From Octopus bimaculoides (taxonomy: Eukaryota), in contig NC_068987.1 in assembly GCF_001194135.2 (NCBI RefSeq), positions 17,103,695 through 17,167,694 of the forward strand: DNA of 64,000 nt, in the 5' to 3' direction. Below the pieces are notes generated by a model, which was not told the origin of the DNA, did not search any database, and saw only the letters and a program-made list of their open reading frames with translations. Shown here piece by piece: positions 1-14,089 of this stretch. Numbering within the stretch: the stretch's first letter is position 1; each line of letters opens with the position of its first letter. Position numbers and translations under genes: made by a program.

Positions 1-95
1 TTGAGATCTCTAATGTCAGTATATAGGTTGTGATATAATTTCAACGTAGCTGACGTTGTAATAGTTGCTGTTTTGCATTAATTAAGCAGATGAAA

Positions 96-308
96 GCGGT
101 GAGCTGGCAGAACTTTAACCCGTCGGGTGAAATGCTTAGTGGCATTTCATCCGTCTTCACGTTTTGAGGTCAAATTTCGCCGAGGTCGACTTTGCCTTTC
201 ATCCTTTAGGAGTCGATGAAAAAAGTACCAGCTGAACCCTCAGGTTTATATAATCCACGTACCATTCCACTGAAATTGCTTGCTTCTTTTCAAAAGTTTG
301 AAACCAAT
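96..308 (+). mobile_element. tRNA-derived SINE, family A
   Basis: Head gagctggcagaac...gaggtcaaatttcgccgaggtcgactttgcctttcatcctttaggagtcgat...aagtaccag aligns by eye with copies at 39350-39555, 40742-40972 and 49243-49475. Confidence 0.85.
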
Positions 309-339
309 TAAGCATGTCAAAGTTATGGAGATGTAAACA

Positions 340-563
340 CACGGTGGGGAGGGACAAATACAAAGATACTCACACACACACACACGCACACACATTAATA
401 TATACATGTATACATGCGACGGGCTTCTCTAAGTTTCCGTCAATCAAGTCCACTCACAATCCTTTAGTCAACCTGGGGTTACAGCAGAAGACGCCCAAGA
501 TTCCACGCAGTGGTACTGAAGGCAGAACCATGTGGTTGGGGAGCAAGCTACTTACCCCACAGC
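340..563 (-). mobile_element. tRNA-derived SINE, family B (head and body with internal CA/TA tract)
   Basis: Reverse complement reads gctgtggggtaagtagcttgctccccaaccacatggttctgccttcagtaccactgcgtgg..., matching the head at 34580-34660 and copies at 16300-16712 and 18215-18650. Confidence 0.8.
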
Positions 564-2401
564 TTTTTATTGCTACATATTATAAGATATTTCTATTAGA
601 GTATATCACTATATATATTTCATGATTGATATGTAAAAGGTATTTTGGTTTGTGACTGATAAACGTTTCTTACGATTCGTTCCGTATCAATGGATTTGAA
701 GTGACGCATTGATTTCTGTTCCTAGTAAGCCGTAATATCTAGTGTTATGACGAATGGACGACGGTTTCCGTTGCAGCAGATCAGCTTTCCAAAGGAAGAA
801 CAAGTGTCTAAACAGATTGGCACTGGAGTTACAGAGAATCTCACATTATAAATATGCTTTTAGTAATCCGGCTGGCTCTGGATTTAATCTCAAGGAATAT
901 TCCTTAATTGTTCACCGATAATTAAACACCAAACGTAACTGTAATAAGCGAGAACCAATGACTGGATTTAATAATAAAGCAATTAGAGGTGATTAGAAGA
1001 CTGGATATGTGCCTGAGGCTAAATAGGATTTCAACGTGAAAACGAACTATCCAGTTGCTAAATTTTTCTTCGAAATTTATAAAATCTCGGTAATAACTGA
1101 TTTTTAATAGGCGCAGCGGAGAGGAATTGTGTTCATTGATTACATCGTAGTAGTATGACGAAATACGTCACAACAGACTATGTGTAAATTTGACAAGAGT
1201 GAACATAACAGTGCTCATGTGTTCATGCAAGGCAAAGGTGACTCTTCTATGATGTAATAGTAAACTAAAACATATTAAAAAAAGAAATATGAGGAGTAGT
1301 ATTTTATAATTGAACGAATAGCTCTGTTCGTAACAGGGAGAATTGAAAGCCACATAGAAAGCAACAATTTTATTCTGTTTATGATGGATTCCATTCATAA
1401 ATATTCCAACTCTATTGCCAATCGTTTGCCAAGCGGTTCGCATTAAAATATTGAAAATTAGAAGGAAAAAAAATCCATTTATTTTGATATCTCGTCATAT
1501 TAAATAATTTCATTTTGTGATAGTACTTTTTTAAATTTTTAGATAAAAGAATACATGGATACATGCATACATGAATGCTTGTGTGCATGTGTGCGCGCGC
1601 GCATTGCGAGTATTGCATTTATATATATANNNNNNNNNNNNNNNNNNNNNNNNNNNNNNNNNNNNNNNNNNNNNNNNNNNNNNNNNNNNNNNNNNNNNNN
1701 NNNNNNNNNNNNNNNNNNNNNNNNNNNNNNNNNNNNNNNNNNNNNNNNNNNNNNNNNNNNNNNNNNNNNNNNNNNNNNNNNNNNNNNNNNNNNNNNNNNN
1801 NNNNNNNNNNNNNNNNNNNNNNNNNNNNNNNNNNNNNNNNNNNNNNNNNNNNNNNNNNNNNNNNNNNNNNNNNNNNNNNNNNNNNNNNNNNCATTTATAC
1901 GTAGATACATGCACAGACATATATACGAATGTGTGTATATGTGTGAAACCAAGGTATCATAGAAATTTTTCGATAATTTGTTTTAATATTTTCAGTACGA
2001 ATGTTTTCCCCATTCAGACCTTCAACGCCCACACATATACACTAACTCACATACACACATAAAAATAAATAAAAAATAAACCAATAAAAATACATTTGGA
2101 AACGTGCATATAATATACCTCCACATACACATAATGAAAATTTCACTAACATAAAGCTTCATGTACAAATCATGTACTTTGAATATCCGCCTTCATATAT
2201 TTAGATTAAATCGTTTTTTAAATAAAATTTGTAAATGTCAGAGTTATAATATGATGCTGTAAAGAAGCAGGGAAAATGGAAGATGGAATATGGTCGTAAA
2301 CTTCATATTTCTAAAACTAAGAAATCTCCAATGTAGAGATTATGATTGTTGTATCTCTTTTTGTCAAGTGTAGTACTGATCAAGTAGGAAAACATAAGAT
2401 T

Positions 2402-2570
2402 TAAGGCATTCCAGCCATGACCATCCCATCTGTTTATTATTTTATTATTATTTGTTTTTTTTTAGCCTGAGACTCCTGAGAAAGCATTTCAACCGTGACC
2501 ATCCCATCTGTTTATCATTTTATCATCTTATTGTATTTTATTATTTTGTTTTTTTCTCAGCCTTAGTCTC
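2402..2570. repeat. Tandemly duplicated fragment of a dispersed repeat
   Basis: The unit (a)agcatt(c/t)ca(g/a)cc(a/g)tgaccatcccatctgtttat...ttttt(t/c)agcct occurs twice, about 80 bp apart. Confidence 0.6.
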
Positions 2571-2659
2571 TTGAGGCCGGTTACCAGGTCTTTATAAGGT
2601 ATGACAAAGATCATAGCAATCTCCCTGAATGGAATGTGGGTCCTTTGCTGATTGAAGGT

Positions 2660-2830
2660 TAGCAATTTAGGGGTAAGGGATGATTTGATTACATCGACCC
2701 CTAAACTCGACTGGTACTTTATTTTATCGAAACCGAGAGACGGAAGACTAAGTTAAACTCGGCAGGGCATAAACTCAGACACAAAGTGCCGGAAGAAATG
2801 GGGCTAAACATTTTGCCAGTTGTGCTCACC
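2660..2830 (-). mobile_element. Diverged family A SINE
   Basis: gattacatcgacccctaaactcgactggtactttattttatcgaaaccgagag...aactcggcagggcataaactcagac matches the reverse of the family A core. Confidence 0.7.
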
Positions 2831-3284
2831 ACCTTTTTAGGCAATGTACAACTATATTATCCAACGTGACTTTTCCTCAGTAAAGATAGTGACGTGAGTT
2901 TTGCTAAACCTTAAGCCCACTATTTCTAGCAGTCCCAATGACTACATAAAGACACCCTCATTAGGTATAATGGTAAAACATGTGACATCTGTAGATAAGC
3001 TGAATATAAATTTTTATTTTAATTTATAGCTCCTTATCTTCGCTACTGATGTCCCTTACAGAGTCTTGAGCGTTAATTCCAAGCTCATCACATTTTTTTC
3101 TTGCCTTATAAGTCATTGGTGTGAAACTATTGTCGTTTTGTTAGACTGATTTGAGTATAAAGTTGATCCACTGTCAGATATATATTTATATATATATTTT
3201 ATACTGTGAAACTTAATTTAATTTTAATTTTTAATAAATTGATTTTAATTCAGTTTTTACATGTAATTTTGAAATGTATCCCTA

Positions 3285-3315
<31 letters not shown>

Positions 3316-3534
3316 NNNNNNNNNNNNNNNNNNNNNNNNNNNNNNNNNNNNNNNNNNNNNNNNNNNNNNNNNNNNNNNNNNNNNNNNNNNNNNNNNNNNN
3401 NNNNNNNNNNNNNNNNNNNNNNNNNNNNNNNNNNNNNNNNNNNNNNNNNNNNNNNNNNNNNNNNNNNNNNNNNNNNNNNNNNNNNNNNNNNNNNNNNNNN
3501 NNNNNNNNTATATATATATGCGTGTGTATATGTT

Positions 3535-3742
3535 TGTGTGTCTGTGTTTTTGCCCCCCAACATCACTTGACAACGGATGCTGGTGTGTTTACGTCCATTT
3601 AATTTAGTGGTTCGGCAAAAGAGACCGATAGAATAAGTACTAGGCTTACAAAAAATAAGTCCTAGGCTCGAGTTGCTCGACTAAAGGCGGTGCTCCAGCA
3701 TGGCCGCAGTCAAATAACTGAAACAAGTAAAAGAGTAAAAGA
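3535..3742 (+). mobile_element. SINE 3' module D (tail of family B)
   Basis: ttgacaacggatgctggtgtgtttacgtcc...ggttcggcaaaagagaccgatagaataagtactaggctt...ctaaaggcggtgctccagcatggccgcagtcaaataactgaaacaagtaaaagag is near-identical to 34665-34845. Confidence 0.85.
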
Positions 3743-4919
3743 GTATGTGTATTTGTATTTGAAAATGTGCGGCACTGTTGTAAAATATAAAAGCAAACAA
3801 CATTTGTTTTTCTCGAAATGATAATCAATTCTATTTTTGATGTTATGTTCTACATACTGGTAAATCATTCCCAGCTGTTATCTTTCACAAGTGAATATTT
3901 CCTGCAGTAAAGATTGTTTAAATAAGTCACATATTTCTGATCATTGTTCTTTACTCCAGGTCAGACGGAATCGAACAGATTTAAGCTGAAAGGCCGTGCC
4001 GTCGCGACCAACAAGTCTTTCTTTAAACATCAGAGAAAATATTGCCCAAAGTAATCCTTCACTTTTAAGGTGGTGAGTGAAGTCAGAAGAATATCTGACT
4101 ACTGTTTCTATTCATGGGGACACCGGCTGCTATTTCTTCCTGATAGAATGACTAGATAGAAATTCCTCAGTTGCTTTGATTTTAAGGCAATTTTACTGCT
4201 ACCTATAACAGATCGAACAACCATTTAAAGCATCGATTTTTAGTTTGTCGGATTCAGGAACTGGTGAGTGGTGAGTGCAAAGACCATTAAACACATAATA
4301 TATGCTTTTCGAGAGTTCTCCCTTACATCAGATATTGCAGACGAGTGCACTGGACGCGAAACATGTCATTCCTATACAAGATGACTCATATACAAGCCAA
4401 ATCTCCGTCAAATTTCTGCCGTAAAAAAAACACAGATCCTGCCGAGGTTGACTTTGCTTTCATCCTTTCGGGGTCGATTAAATGTATAATCGCCTTGATG
4501 ACATTAAGTGTGTAGGCTTTAAAAGTCTTGAAGTGTGCCTTACACATCTAGTACAGACACCTGCACAATTTCTGTCCGTCAAATTCTATTCATAAGCTGA
4601 AACTTTGACCTAACCTAAAAGGCCGAGCGGTTACATTGGACAATCATACATGCTTCTTAACTGTCCATATATTTCTAAGCTATATTTGTGACTTAAGATA
4701 AGCTGCATTGCAGATCTCTCTTTCGATAGAATTATTTAACTTTTATTTTAACTATCTACAGAAACTTTATATCATTTATTGTTTTTAAAATCTGTATATT
4801 AATCTATATATATATATTGCAACACAGAGGAATTTTATCACGTGTGTACTAGAATTAGAAGCAATACAGGTCTACAAGGCATGTGTTGCTCTCTTCTCTT
4901 CTTTATACCTGCGAGACGT

Positions 4920-5048
4920 AGGTCACATATCGATACCACCTTAAACAACTGAAACGTTTCCATCAGATGTGTCCCAGAAGGATCTATCTTCTGGGACACA
5001 TCTGATGGAAACGTTTCAGTTGTTTAAGGTGGTATCGATATGTGACCT
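4920..5048. repeat. Perfect inverted repeat (61-bp arms, 7-nt spacer)
   Basis: 4920-4980 is the exact reverse complement of 4988-5048, checked base by base; the spacer is gatctat. Confidence 0.97.
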
Positions 5049-6020
5049 CCAGAGGCGCCTTTCTAGCCTTCCGAAAGCATCACTTGCTTTATTAATTCTG
5101 TATGGAATTACATTATCCAAATTGCTATATCTATTAACAGTGTTTCCTAGGTAGACAAACTGAACAACTACACCAAGTCGTTTACCATACACTTAGATAT
5201 TTGGTTTACTATACTGCTTACACCCCTCCCNNNNNNNNNNNNNNNNNNNNNNNNNNNNNNNNNNNNNNNNNNNNNNNNNNNNNNNCATACATATATATAT
5301 ATACATACATATATATACAGAAAAAAGATTTCGTCAGATTTTGGATAATTATTTATTAAGCGCCTTCTGTTGATTTTCCGAAACAGGATGAAAACGCTTT
5401 ATAGGTAACTATCCAAAAGGCTGATATAACTCACATACTATTGGTTGCATCCGCGTGAATGATACAAATTTTAAAATCTAAAGATGTATTCACCAAATAT
5501 GTTGACATTCAATGTTCTATGAAATAACCAATGTCTGACCCACATGTAGTTCAACCTTGGCTGTTGATCAAACAAAAGTTAGAATACATCAGCACAATTC
5601 CTCAAAAATATATTGATGTCTCGAAGATTAAAGCAGAAATGAAAATATATAAACAAACAAACGAACAAAGAAGAAAAAAACGCCTTTCTTTCTTCCAGTC
5701 GGCATTCTTCGCTCTTTGATCATACTAAGTATAATTTCATACACCGTTGCAAGTTAGTTTCCTTGCATAACAAAAAGAAAATAAGATTAAATTAAAAAGA
5801 AAACACTAGGTAAACAGAAATAAGTCTTTGATAACTGTAAAGTACAACATTTTTCTCAGCACGACGTCGGAAAGATACGAAATAAAACGTTGAAATGTTG
5901 AAACTTCTTAAATTTCTACTTTACTAAGCAGACATCCTAACTCCATCTGACAGTAGTAGCATGAGATCTTAAGCTATCTGCTTCAACTGATTTCTCTTTT
6001 TCTATTCTTTATCCTTTACT

Positions 6021-6025
<5 letters not shown>

Positions 6026-6084
<59 letters not shown>

Positions 6085-6350
6085 TGTACAACTCGTCGTC
6101 TTCTGCCTCGTATTCCCGCCCTTCTTAACTTTTCCTTCCTCGTCCCCCTCCCCTCTCCACCTCGCCATCTTCTTCTTCCTCCTTATCATCGTTCTTCTCC
6201 TTATCTTCCTTCTTCCCTACTCAATCATCATCATCATCATCATCATCAGCTGCAGCAGCAGCAGCAGCAGCAACAGCAGCTTCTTTTCGACTGTCTTTAT
6301 TCTTCGTCTTCTTCTCCCTCTTTTTCTTCTCCTCAATCTCACTTGTCGAT
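6026..6350. repeat. (CTTT)n microsatellite followed by CT-rich and (CAT)/(CAG) low-complexity tract
   Basis: Visible directly in the sequence. Confidence 0.9.
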
Positions 6351-8269
6351 GACTATTTGTTCGCTACCATCAGAAAAATTGTTTGCAAAGGAAGGCTTCT
6401 GTCCAAAATGTTAAATGTTTCTTCTTCCTCACACAAAACCAATTTATTCTAATTTATATTTCTGTTTAAATTCTCTAATTGCCATCACAGCTCAACACTA
6501 GTTTCCTCACATCCTACCGTTTCCTTTAACTACCATGCATACAAGCAAATGCAAAATGTAAATACCGGTAAGTGCAAAAGTACCGAGTATCCATATTAAA
6601 GGTTTTCAAATGCTGCAGAAATATCCAAGAGTTTTTAAGCTCAGCCCTTTTATTTGGGAGGGAAACCAGGGTCCATAGCCCTTTATAGTGCTTGCGAGAT
6701 TAATGTGAAGGAGAGAGAATGATAACCCCAAATATGAGACCCAATTTGGATGTTTGCAACAGTGATATACCTCAAAGATTACGTCCCAACCATAGACTGC
6801 TTCTGAGTTAGAAGCTGCCAATTATCGCTCAAATTACACACTTTTGTCCTAGAAAAGGACATAGCAGATAAAGTAATTTTTCGTGCACTGTGACAGGAAA
6901 TAGGCGAGTTGAATTAGCCTGTAGTCTAACTGACAATGAAATGGATTCACTGTAGCCGTACAGTTGCAAAAAAATTAACAAAATGTGCCTTCTTTCATCA
7001 TTTATTACAGACATTTGTGTTGTAGTATCATTTGTATAACCATATGTAATTATTTTTCCATTCTGCAACTACAGTTCTATCACTGCTTAGACTGTTGTCA
7101 CTGCTGATGTTCCCTTCCAGTTCAGCTACGGTTGAGTAGCTCTATGGTTAAAAGCATCAGAGACGATCAACAACATCCTATTATTTTATAAGCCATCCAG
7201 ATACGGCGATAATATCTAACAAATTCTATATTGAAAACGGTAAGGTGAATTTTGAGTGAAATTTGGCAGCTATTATCTGAAGGCCGCATAAATACGAATC
7301 GTCAAAATTTCACACAATTATGAAAAGAGGATGATATCCAGTTGGGGCAGAGGTTAAATTATAATGCTTTCTAATTATTTGTCAGATTCCAAGAAAATTT
7401 AAGATGATTTATGAGAGACAAATGGTATCAGCAATATTTTACTATTATCAAGCCATCGAAAGTAGTTCTACATGGAATAGAAATAAATTTAATGACAACC
7501 GATTCTGTAAATTGCGTGATAAATGCATTGCCACGCAATACTAAATTTCTAATTAATTGTAATTGTGTATAAATTATAGAATTGTGGCTTCAAATTATCT
7601 GTCTCTATCAGTTCCTCCCAATATCAAACACATTTCCTTCTTCTTTTAAATAACATACATATATACATACACACATACACACATACACACATACATACAT
7701 GCATACATACATACATACAAACATACATACATACATACATACATACATACATACATAAATAAATACATAGTACATACACTGCCATATATAGAGAGATGCA
7801 TAAATATATGTATACTGAGACGAATAAATATATATACCTTAATGTATATACATATACCTGCATACACATATATGTATATATATATACATATATCCTTGAA
7901 TATGTGTTTAGTGATATCATACTGGAATTTTTCNNNNNNNNNNNNNNNNNNNNNNNNNNNNNNNNNNNNNNNNNNNNNNNNNNNNNNNNNNNNNNNNNNN
8001 NNNNNNNNNNNNNNNNNNNNNNNNNNNNNNNNNNNNNNNNNNNNNNNNNNNNNNNNNNNNNNNNNNNNNNNNNNNNNNNNNNNNNNNNNNNNNNNNNNNN
8101 NNNNNNNNNNNNNNNNNNNNNNNNNNNNNNNNNNNNNNNNNNNNNNNNNNNNNNNNNNNNNNNNNNNNNNNNNNNNNNNNNNNNNNNNNNNNNNNNNNNN
8201 NNNNNNNNNNNNNNNNNNNNNNNNNNNNNNNNNNNNNNNNNNNNNNNNNNNNNNNNNNNNNNNNNNNNN

Positions 8270-8309
<40 letters not shown>

Positions 8310-8361
8310 CATATATCCTTGAATATGTGTTTAGTGATATCATACTGGAATTTTTCAACTT

Positions 8362-9050
8362 GAGGAGTTGTGACACCTACACCAATTGCTTTCTTCTTAA
8401 CTTTTCATATTGTCTAACTTCTGTGTCGATGCCCCCAAGCGTTTGAAATTTGGTGATTGATGGAGAATAGGGAGGTATCGTTTGGCTGGGTGCAGGATGT
8501 TGTGGTTTTTAGGATTGTGGGTGACTACAAATGGAATATTTGTATTTTTGTTTTCACACCTAGTCTGAGTATTTCTTCGTAAGGTAGAGACCGAGGTTTC
8601 CTTCACTTTTGTGATGTTGAATTCACTTGCTGGGGTGCTTTTGTTTCTGGCGGAGTATATCAAGTTCTCTCAGTCGTTTCTCTCGTCTAACGGTATCTGT
8701 GACGTCTGAGCATATGTGCCTTGCCATTAAATTGTATGTCTCTTCTTGTTTGGGGATGGTGGCAATATCTAAAATTTAACTATTGGTGTGTATCTGTGTT
8801 CGTGTAGTAGGGGTCAGTTATAACTGCCTCATTTTCTTTAATTATTAGAATATCAAGAAAGGGGAGTTCCTTTTCATTCATTTCCATAGTGAATTGAATT
8901 GAGACATGGATACTATTTATTGATTTAAGAAATTTTGTAAGGATCTTCTTACATTGGTTCCACATTATGCAGCACTCATCTAAGAATCTTCTCCAGTTAC
9001 CCATACAATAGTTTTGGATGTGGTGGTCAAAAGTAATTCTATACAAACAT
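8362..9050 (-). mobile_element. Penelope-like element (PLE) fragment: RT C-terminal/thumb region and linker, decayed
   Basis: Translation gives WRRFLDECCIMW...SINSIHVSIQFTMEMNEKELPFLDILI...TDPYYTNTDTHQ, then IPFVVTHNPKN. These match the PLE RT pattern RFLDD..W / FT.E..LPFLD / TD.Y.K.TD.HQYL. Stops and frameshifts are present. Confidence 0.85.
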
Positions 9051-10874
9051 TTGATCCAGAGAATAGTGTTAGTTGAATACGGAACGTAACGAGAGATGAT
9101 ATAAAAGGCAAGGGAACAAGAAATTATGCAATGAGCTTTATTAACTTAAATCTGTTTCCAATATGAGATGCAATGCACTCATAATTGAGTGCTTGTTTAT
9201 CATCTTATAGACTCGTTGGTACATAAGCTTTCAACCAATAGGATAGCTAGATAGCTACATTGATATATATATATATATATATATATATANNNNNNNNNNN
9301 NNNNNNNNNNNNNNNNNNNNNNNNNNNNNNNNNNNNNNNNNNNNNNNNNNNNNNNNNNNNNNNNNNNNNNNNNNNNNNNNNNNNATATATAGATAGATAG
9401 ATAGTTCCTAACTGTTTGCTTTATAAGAAACTGAAACTTCTCGTTGACAATTATTCATAGGAATTTTATTATACATGTTTACTTGTAAACATATGTGCAT
9501 ATACTTTGTATGTATGTACGCATATTTTTCTCTTCACAGGTTTAGCATCATTATCGAGAACATTAGCATCATTATGGAGAACATTATTAAAAAAAAAAAT
9601 TCAGGATTTTTAGATGGCTTATGGACTCTATATTCTAATATATAAGCTGCCATGAAATTGATAATGAATAGGAGAATATTGAAATATTTTCAAGTTACTT
9701 CTCAAACGCCTACTTTCCAATAATAAAAGCACACTCTTGTACACTACACAATTTTAATGAGTTTAATGTAAATCTTCTTTCTGTTTATTGGTCTGTTTAT
9801 CTTTAAGTTTGATGCAAATTTGTTGCCAAGCTATTTCACTAGCAATTTTCTTAAATGTCAGTCTCATTTTGCTTTCCATTTCTTGCCAATCGGAAAGGAA
9901 CACAAATTATATAAATCATTTAATTGAGTCATTTAATGCATTCATTTGCTAGGGGAATATCATAATTATCGGTTGAAGGGTGATTATCATATTTTAGATT
10001 CTATTGCCTCCAAATGTGAACTGTTTCTTTTTTTAACGTCATTATTTCGTAACATAAATTATCACAAAGCTATACATCTCTGTTTTCTTTATTTTTATAA
10101 AAAAAGAAATCTGCCTTTCGGTTTGTTTCTCATTAAATCATTTATTCATATCATATAATTACGTCAACAAACGTCTGTATAATAAGAATGGAATAATAAC
10201 GTATGACTTGAAAATAAAGAGTGAGTTTCTAAATCAATTTAGGAAGGAGCACATGGATTAATGCGTGTGTCCGTGTGTGTGTAAACATCTCTTATGAGAT
10301 CACATGAATTGTAAATTTATGTGCTCTAACTGCAGCTCTGATGTTTAAACTTCGAGGATTCTTCATTCTCGTGTGGGTTCATAACGTGTAGATGTTTTCA
10401 AAATTTTTACGTAGTGAAATATCGCAGTGCCAAGACTCCTGAAATCTTTGAACACAACTACACAAGCATACGCCAAGACGCCAAGTAACACTTATATTTG
10501 AGTGCAAACTACTACGGAGTAAATAACCTGTTACGTTATGGAAAGGGTATGGTAGAGGTATGTACGAAGGAAGTCTGAGGAAAAGAGAGCTGCAAACGGA
10601 CAGACAGAGAAACATAGACACACACGTACATTCATGCAGACGACAATTATCTCGTGTGTGCATGTGTGCGTGCGCGAGAGCTTGGAAGTGTGTGAATGTG
10701 TGCATTCATCATTAGCGTTGCTATGTGTGGCAACAAAAGAGGACTTTTGCGGAAAAAACAAACAGTTTATCTAAAGTTATAATTGAGTACAATAAACTAT
10801 TACTTTAGTTTCACTCAATTGCTTAATTCAATCAATTCCGTTATGTTGCGTTGTAAATATGTAATTCCGTACGC

Positions 10875-10936
<62 letters not shown>

Positions 10937-11385
10937 TGTGTGTGTATGTGTGTATGTGTGTGTGTAAATACATATATACACTCATATGTATATGTACATA
11001 TATGTATATATATATCGTATGTGTGTGAGTATGTGTGTATGTATGTATCCATTTATATATATGTAACTTATAAATAATACATTTAAAATATCGTATTGAT
11101 CTTTAATAATCTTTAACACTTGATGGTTGTTTCCACGGAGTCAGCTAGATATTTCAGCTTTAAAGTCAATAGTGTTCTATAGCCGAATCAAATGATAGGT
11201 GATAGAAAAGCTTACATACGCACACACACGTACGTACACACTAGCACGTGCACACACACACACATACAGACATACATACACACAGATACACCAGAAATAC
11301 ACTCGTACACACACCCCCAAATACTCTCACACACACACACACACACACACACAACATAACACACAAAAAAGCACACAGGTATATG

Positions 11386-11550
11386 TACGAGGGCGTACTA
11401 GTTCCTGCCTTCGTATGAAAACAAAACATGCAAGAGAATCAGTTCATAAAACACTTCTCCGACATATTCCCGTCCCAGATTCATACGCTCATTGCAGCAG
11501 TTCTTCAAATTTTCTAAGCCCTTTAAAAATACTCGGAAGTCTGGGCCTAC
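11386..11550 (+). mobile_element. Mariner-type terminal remnant (MITE-like)
   Basis: Starts tacgagggcgtact, resembling the TA-CGAGGG... TIR start of mariner elements. No matching second TIR was found. Confidence 0.45.
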
Positions 11551-12839
11551 AACTGGACTGAGTTCAAATTTCACTGGATATGACTCTACATACTACTTGA
11601 TTGAATAAGTATTGACTGAATAGAGGTTATTGTGTGATTGAATTAGTCCCTTCCACAAAATTATGGAACTGCACTTTCCCTCATCAAATCCAATTTTCAC
11701 TGCCTTGTCGTTAAATCTGATAACAGAAATTAACAGCCAATTTTGTCGATAAATCTCTCCCATGGAATTAGTTGTTATATGACATTTGTTAGCAAAATTA
11801 TTTTCTTATTCTTTTCCATGTTTCTGTCATTGGACAGTGGTCATGCTAGTGTACCATCTTTAAGCACTAAATCGAAGAAAATCAACCCAACGACGTACTC
11901 TCTTGCAGAAACCCTAGTTATGGGGTCGAAACAAACAGTGTTCATAAACAGGTATGAAAAACAAGCATAAATATATAAAAACATGCACAAACGCAGGCAC
12001 GCAGACACACAAACACACGCATACACACGCCCGCACATATACATGTTCAATGGCCAATTTTGTTCCAGTTTCTTGCAACTAAAATCAGTCACAAAACATT
12101 GATCGGCCCGGATTTACGGCAGACGACACTTGTGACGCTTGCCCAGTCAAATTGAACACAAGCCCGAATGTTTGCTAGTCGAACTTCTTAACTACACAGC
12201 CAAATGTATATTAAGGTTATACTTCATCACTTCATCAATAACGAAAGTTGAATTATACTCTAATTACATTATATTTATTATTGAATTCAATCTGAAAACA
12301 ATATTAGTAGTGGATAGGAATTCTATAAAATCACCATGGATGTGGTTCTCTGTTTTGGAAATATCTTCAAAATTGAAAATGTTATTTTCTGAATACAGGG
12401 AAAAATGAAGATTTCTGGTTATTTCTATTTTTACAACGAGTTTCAAATCATCAGAAACCAAATATGAATAATACATATACATATATATATATACACTCAT
12501 CCATCCATATAACTAATAAAGTGACAGATGCAGACGTGTGTGTGTCTGTGTCTGAATCTGTGTCAATGTGTGTCTGTGTGAATGATTATATCGTTAGAGA
12601 GTATTTTGTAATTATATATTTTGCTACGTAATCAATATTATGTTTTTAGAAAATCTTATTTTCCATTTTATTACTTCGTGTATCAGATTACAAAAATTGC
12701 TGACACTTCAGTTATGCGCTACATTTACATTTAAATTCATATCTTATACATACGCATGCCTATATATGTACTTATGAGTGTGTGTGTGTGTCTATATGCA
12801 TACATACATACACACATACATACATAATATATATATATT

Positions 12840-12896
<57 letters not shown>

Positions 12897-14089
12897 GTAG
12901 TTATGCATATACATATATGTGGGTGTAAATGCTTATGTTTATGCATATATGTAGATATATGTCTGTCATACTGTCGACTAGGTTGCTCAAAATCAAATTT
13001 CAACGTCCAGTAAAATTATATTATGTGTAGAAATAATTGGAGGATTGTTTCATGTTCTAAAACAACAGATTAGTAACAAAGCAATAAATAACAAAATGCA
13101 TTAAAAAGTCAGAAGCAAATGAAATATAGACGCCATACTTTTACACGTTACGGCTTGATTGGATGAAAATGTTACCTTATTGTCTAGTACAAATGAAAAC
13201 AAAGTGTAGGTATATATTTACATATGTATATATATATGTGTGTGTGTGTATGTATGTATGTATATATATATATATATATATATNNNNNNNNNNNNNNNNN
13301 NNNNNNNNNNNNNNNNNNNNNNNNNNNNNNNNNNNNNNNNNNNNNNNNNNNNNNNNNNNNNNNNNNNNNNNNNNNNNNNNNNNNNNNNNNNNNNNNNNNN
13401 NNNNNNNNNNNNNNNNNNNNNNNNNNNNNNNNNNNNNNNNNNNNNNNNNNNNNNNNNNNNNNNNNNNNNNNNNNNNNNNNNNNNNNNNNNNNNNNNNNNN
13501 NNNNNNNNNNNNNNNNNNNNNNNNNNNNNNNNNNNNNNNNNNNNNNNNNNNNNNNNNNNNNCTAAAATAACTTAATCATGAAGCACGTTTTAGTACCGGT
13601 TTCCGCCCTTTAGACTTTTTCAACTAAGAGTAAAATAAGAAAAAAAAAATACAATTAAATTGAAGAAAAAAAAATTAAGTGAAATGTTTTGAAGATATTT
13701 CCATAATCTTTAAATAGGTAAATATTTCCATAGTCTTCAGATTGTTTGCCTGTCTGTCTCTCTGTCCTTTGTGAATACCTCGTAGATGGGTAAATCTGAA
13801 GAAATATTTTCGATACAGAGACTTGATAGTTTAAGCAGGAGCAACCGAGGGAGGAGAAGAAGAAAAACAATAAGGAGGAGAAGAAGATGAAGGAGAGAGA
13901 AAAGTAGGAGTAGGGAAAGAAGAGGGAGATGGAGAAAGAAAAGTAAAGAAAAATACAAGATTACTGTGACAGTAAATTTTTCGCGGAATCCTCTTTAATG
14001 GTCAAGTGGACTAAAAGTGACCTGTTGTGGTCGTAGCAGTAGTTGTTAGAAATGTTGTACATTCTTGTAGTATTTTATCTGTGGTGGTA

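Noticed and set aside
7880-8355. Direct repeat of about 55 bp (atatccttgaatatgtgtttagtgatatcatactggaatttttc) on both sides of the 7934-8269 gap
   Set aside because: One copy ends exactly at the gap edge, which is typical of an unmerged contig overlap rather than a TSD or LTR.
9540-9590. Strong acceptor followed by a 21-bp tandem duplication (ttagcatcattat(c/g)gagaaca)
   Set aside because: There is no matching donor and the frames run into poly-A and stops; it looks like a simple local duplication.
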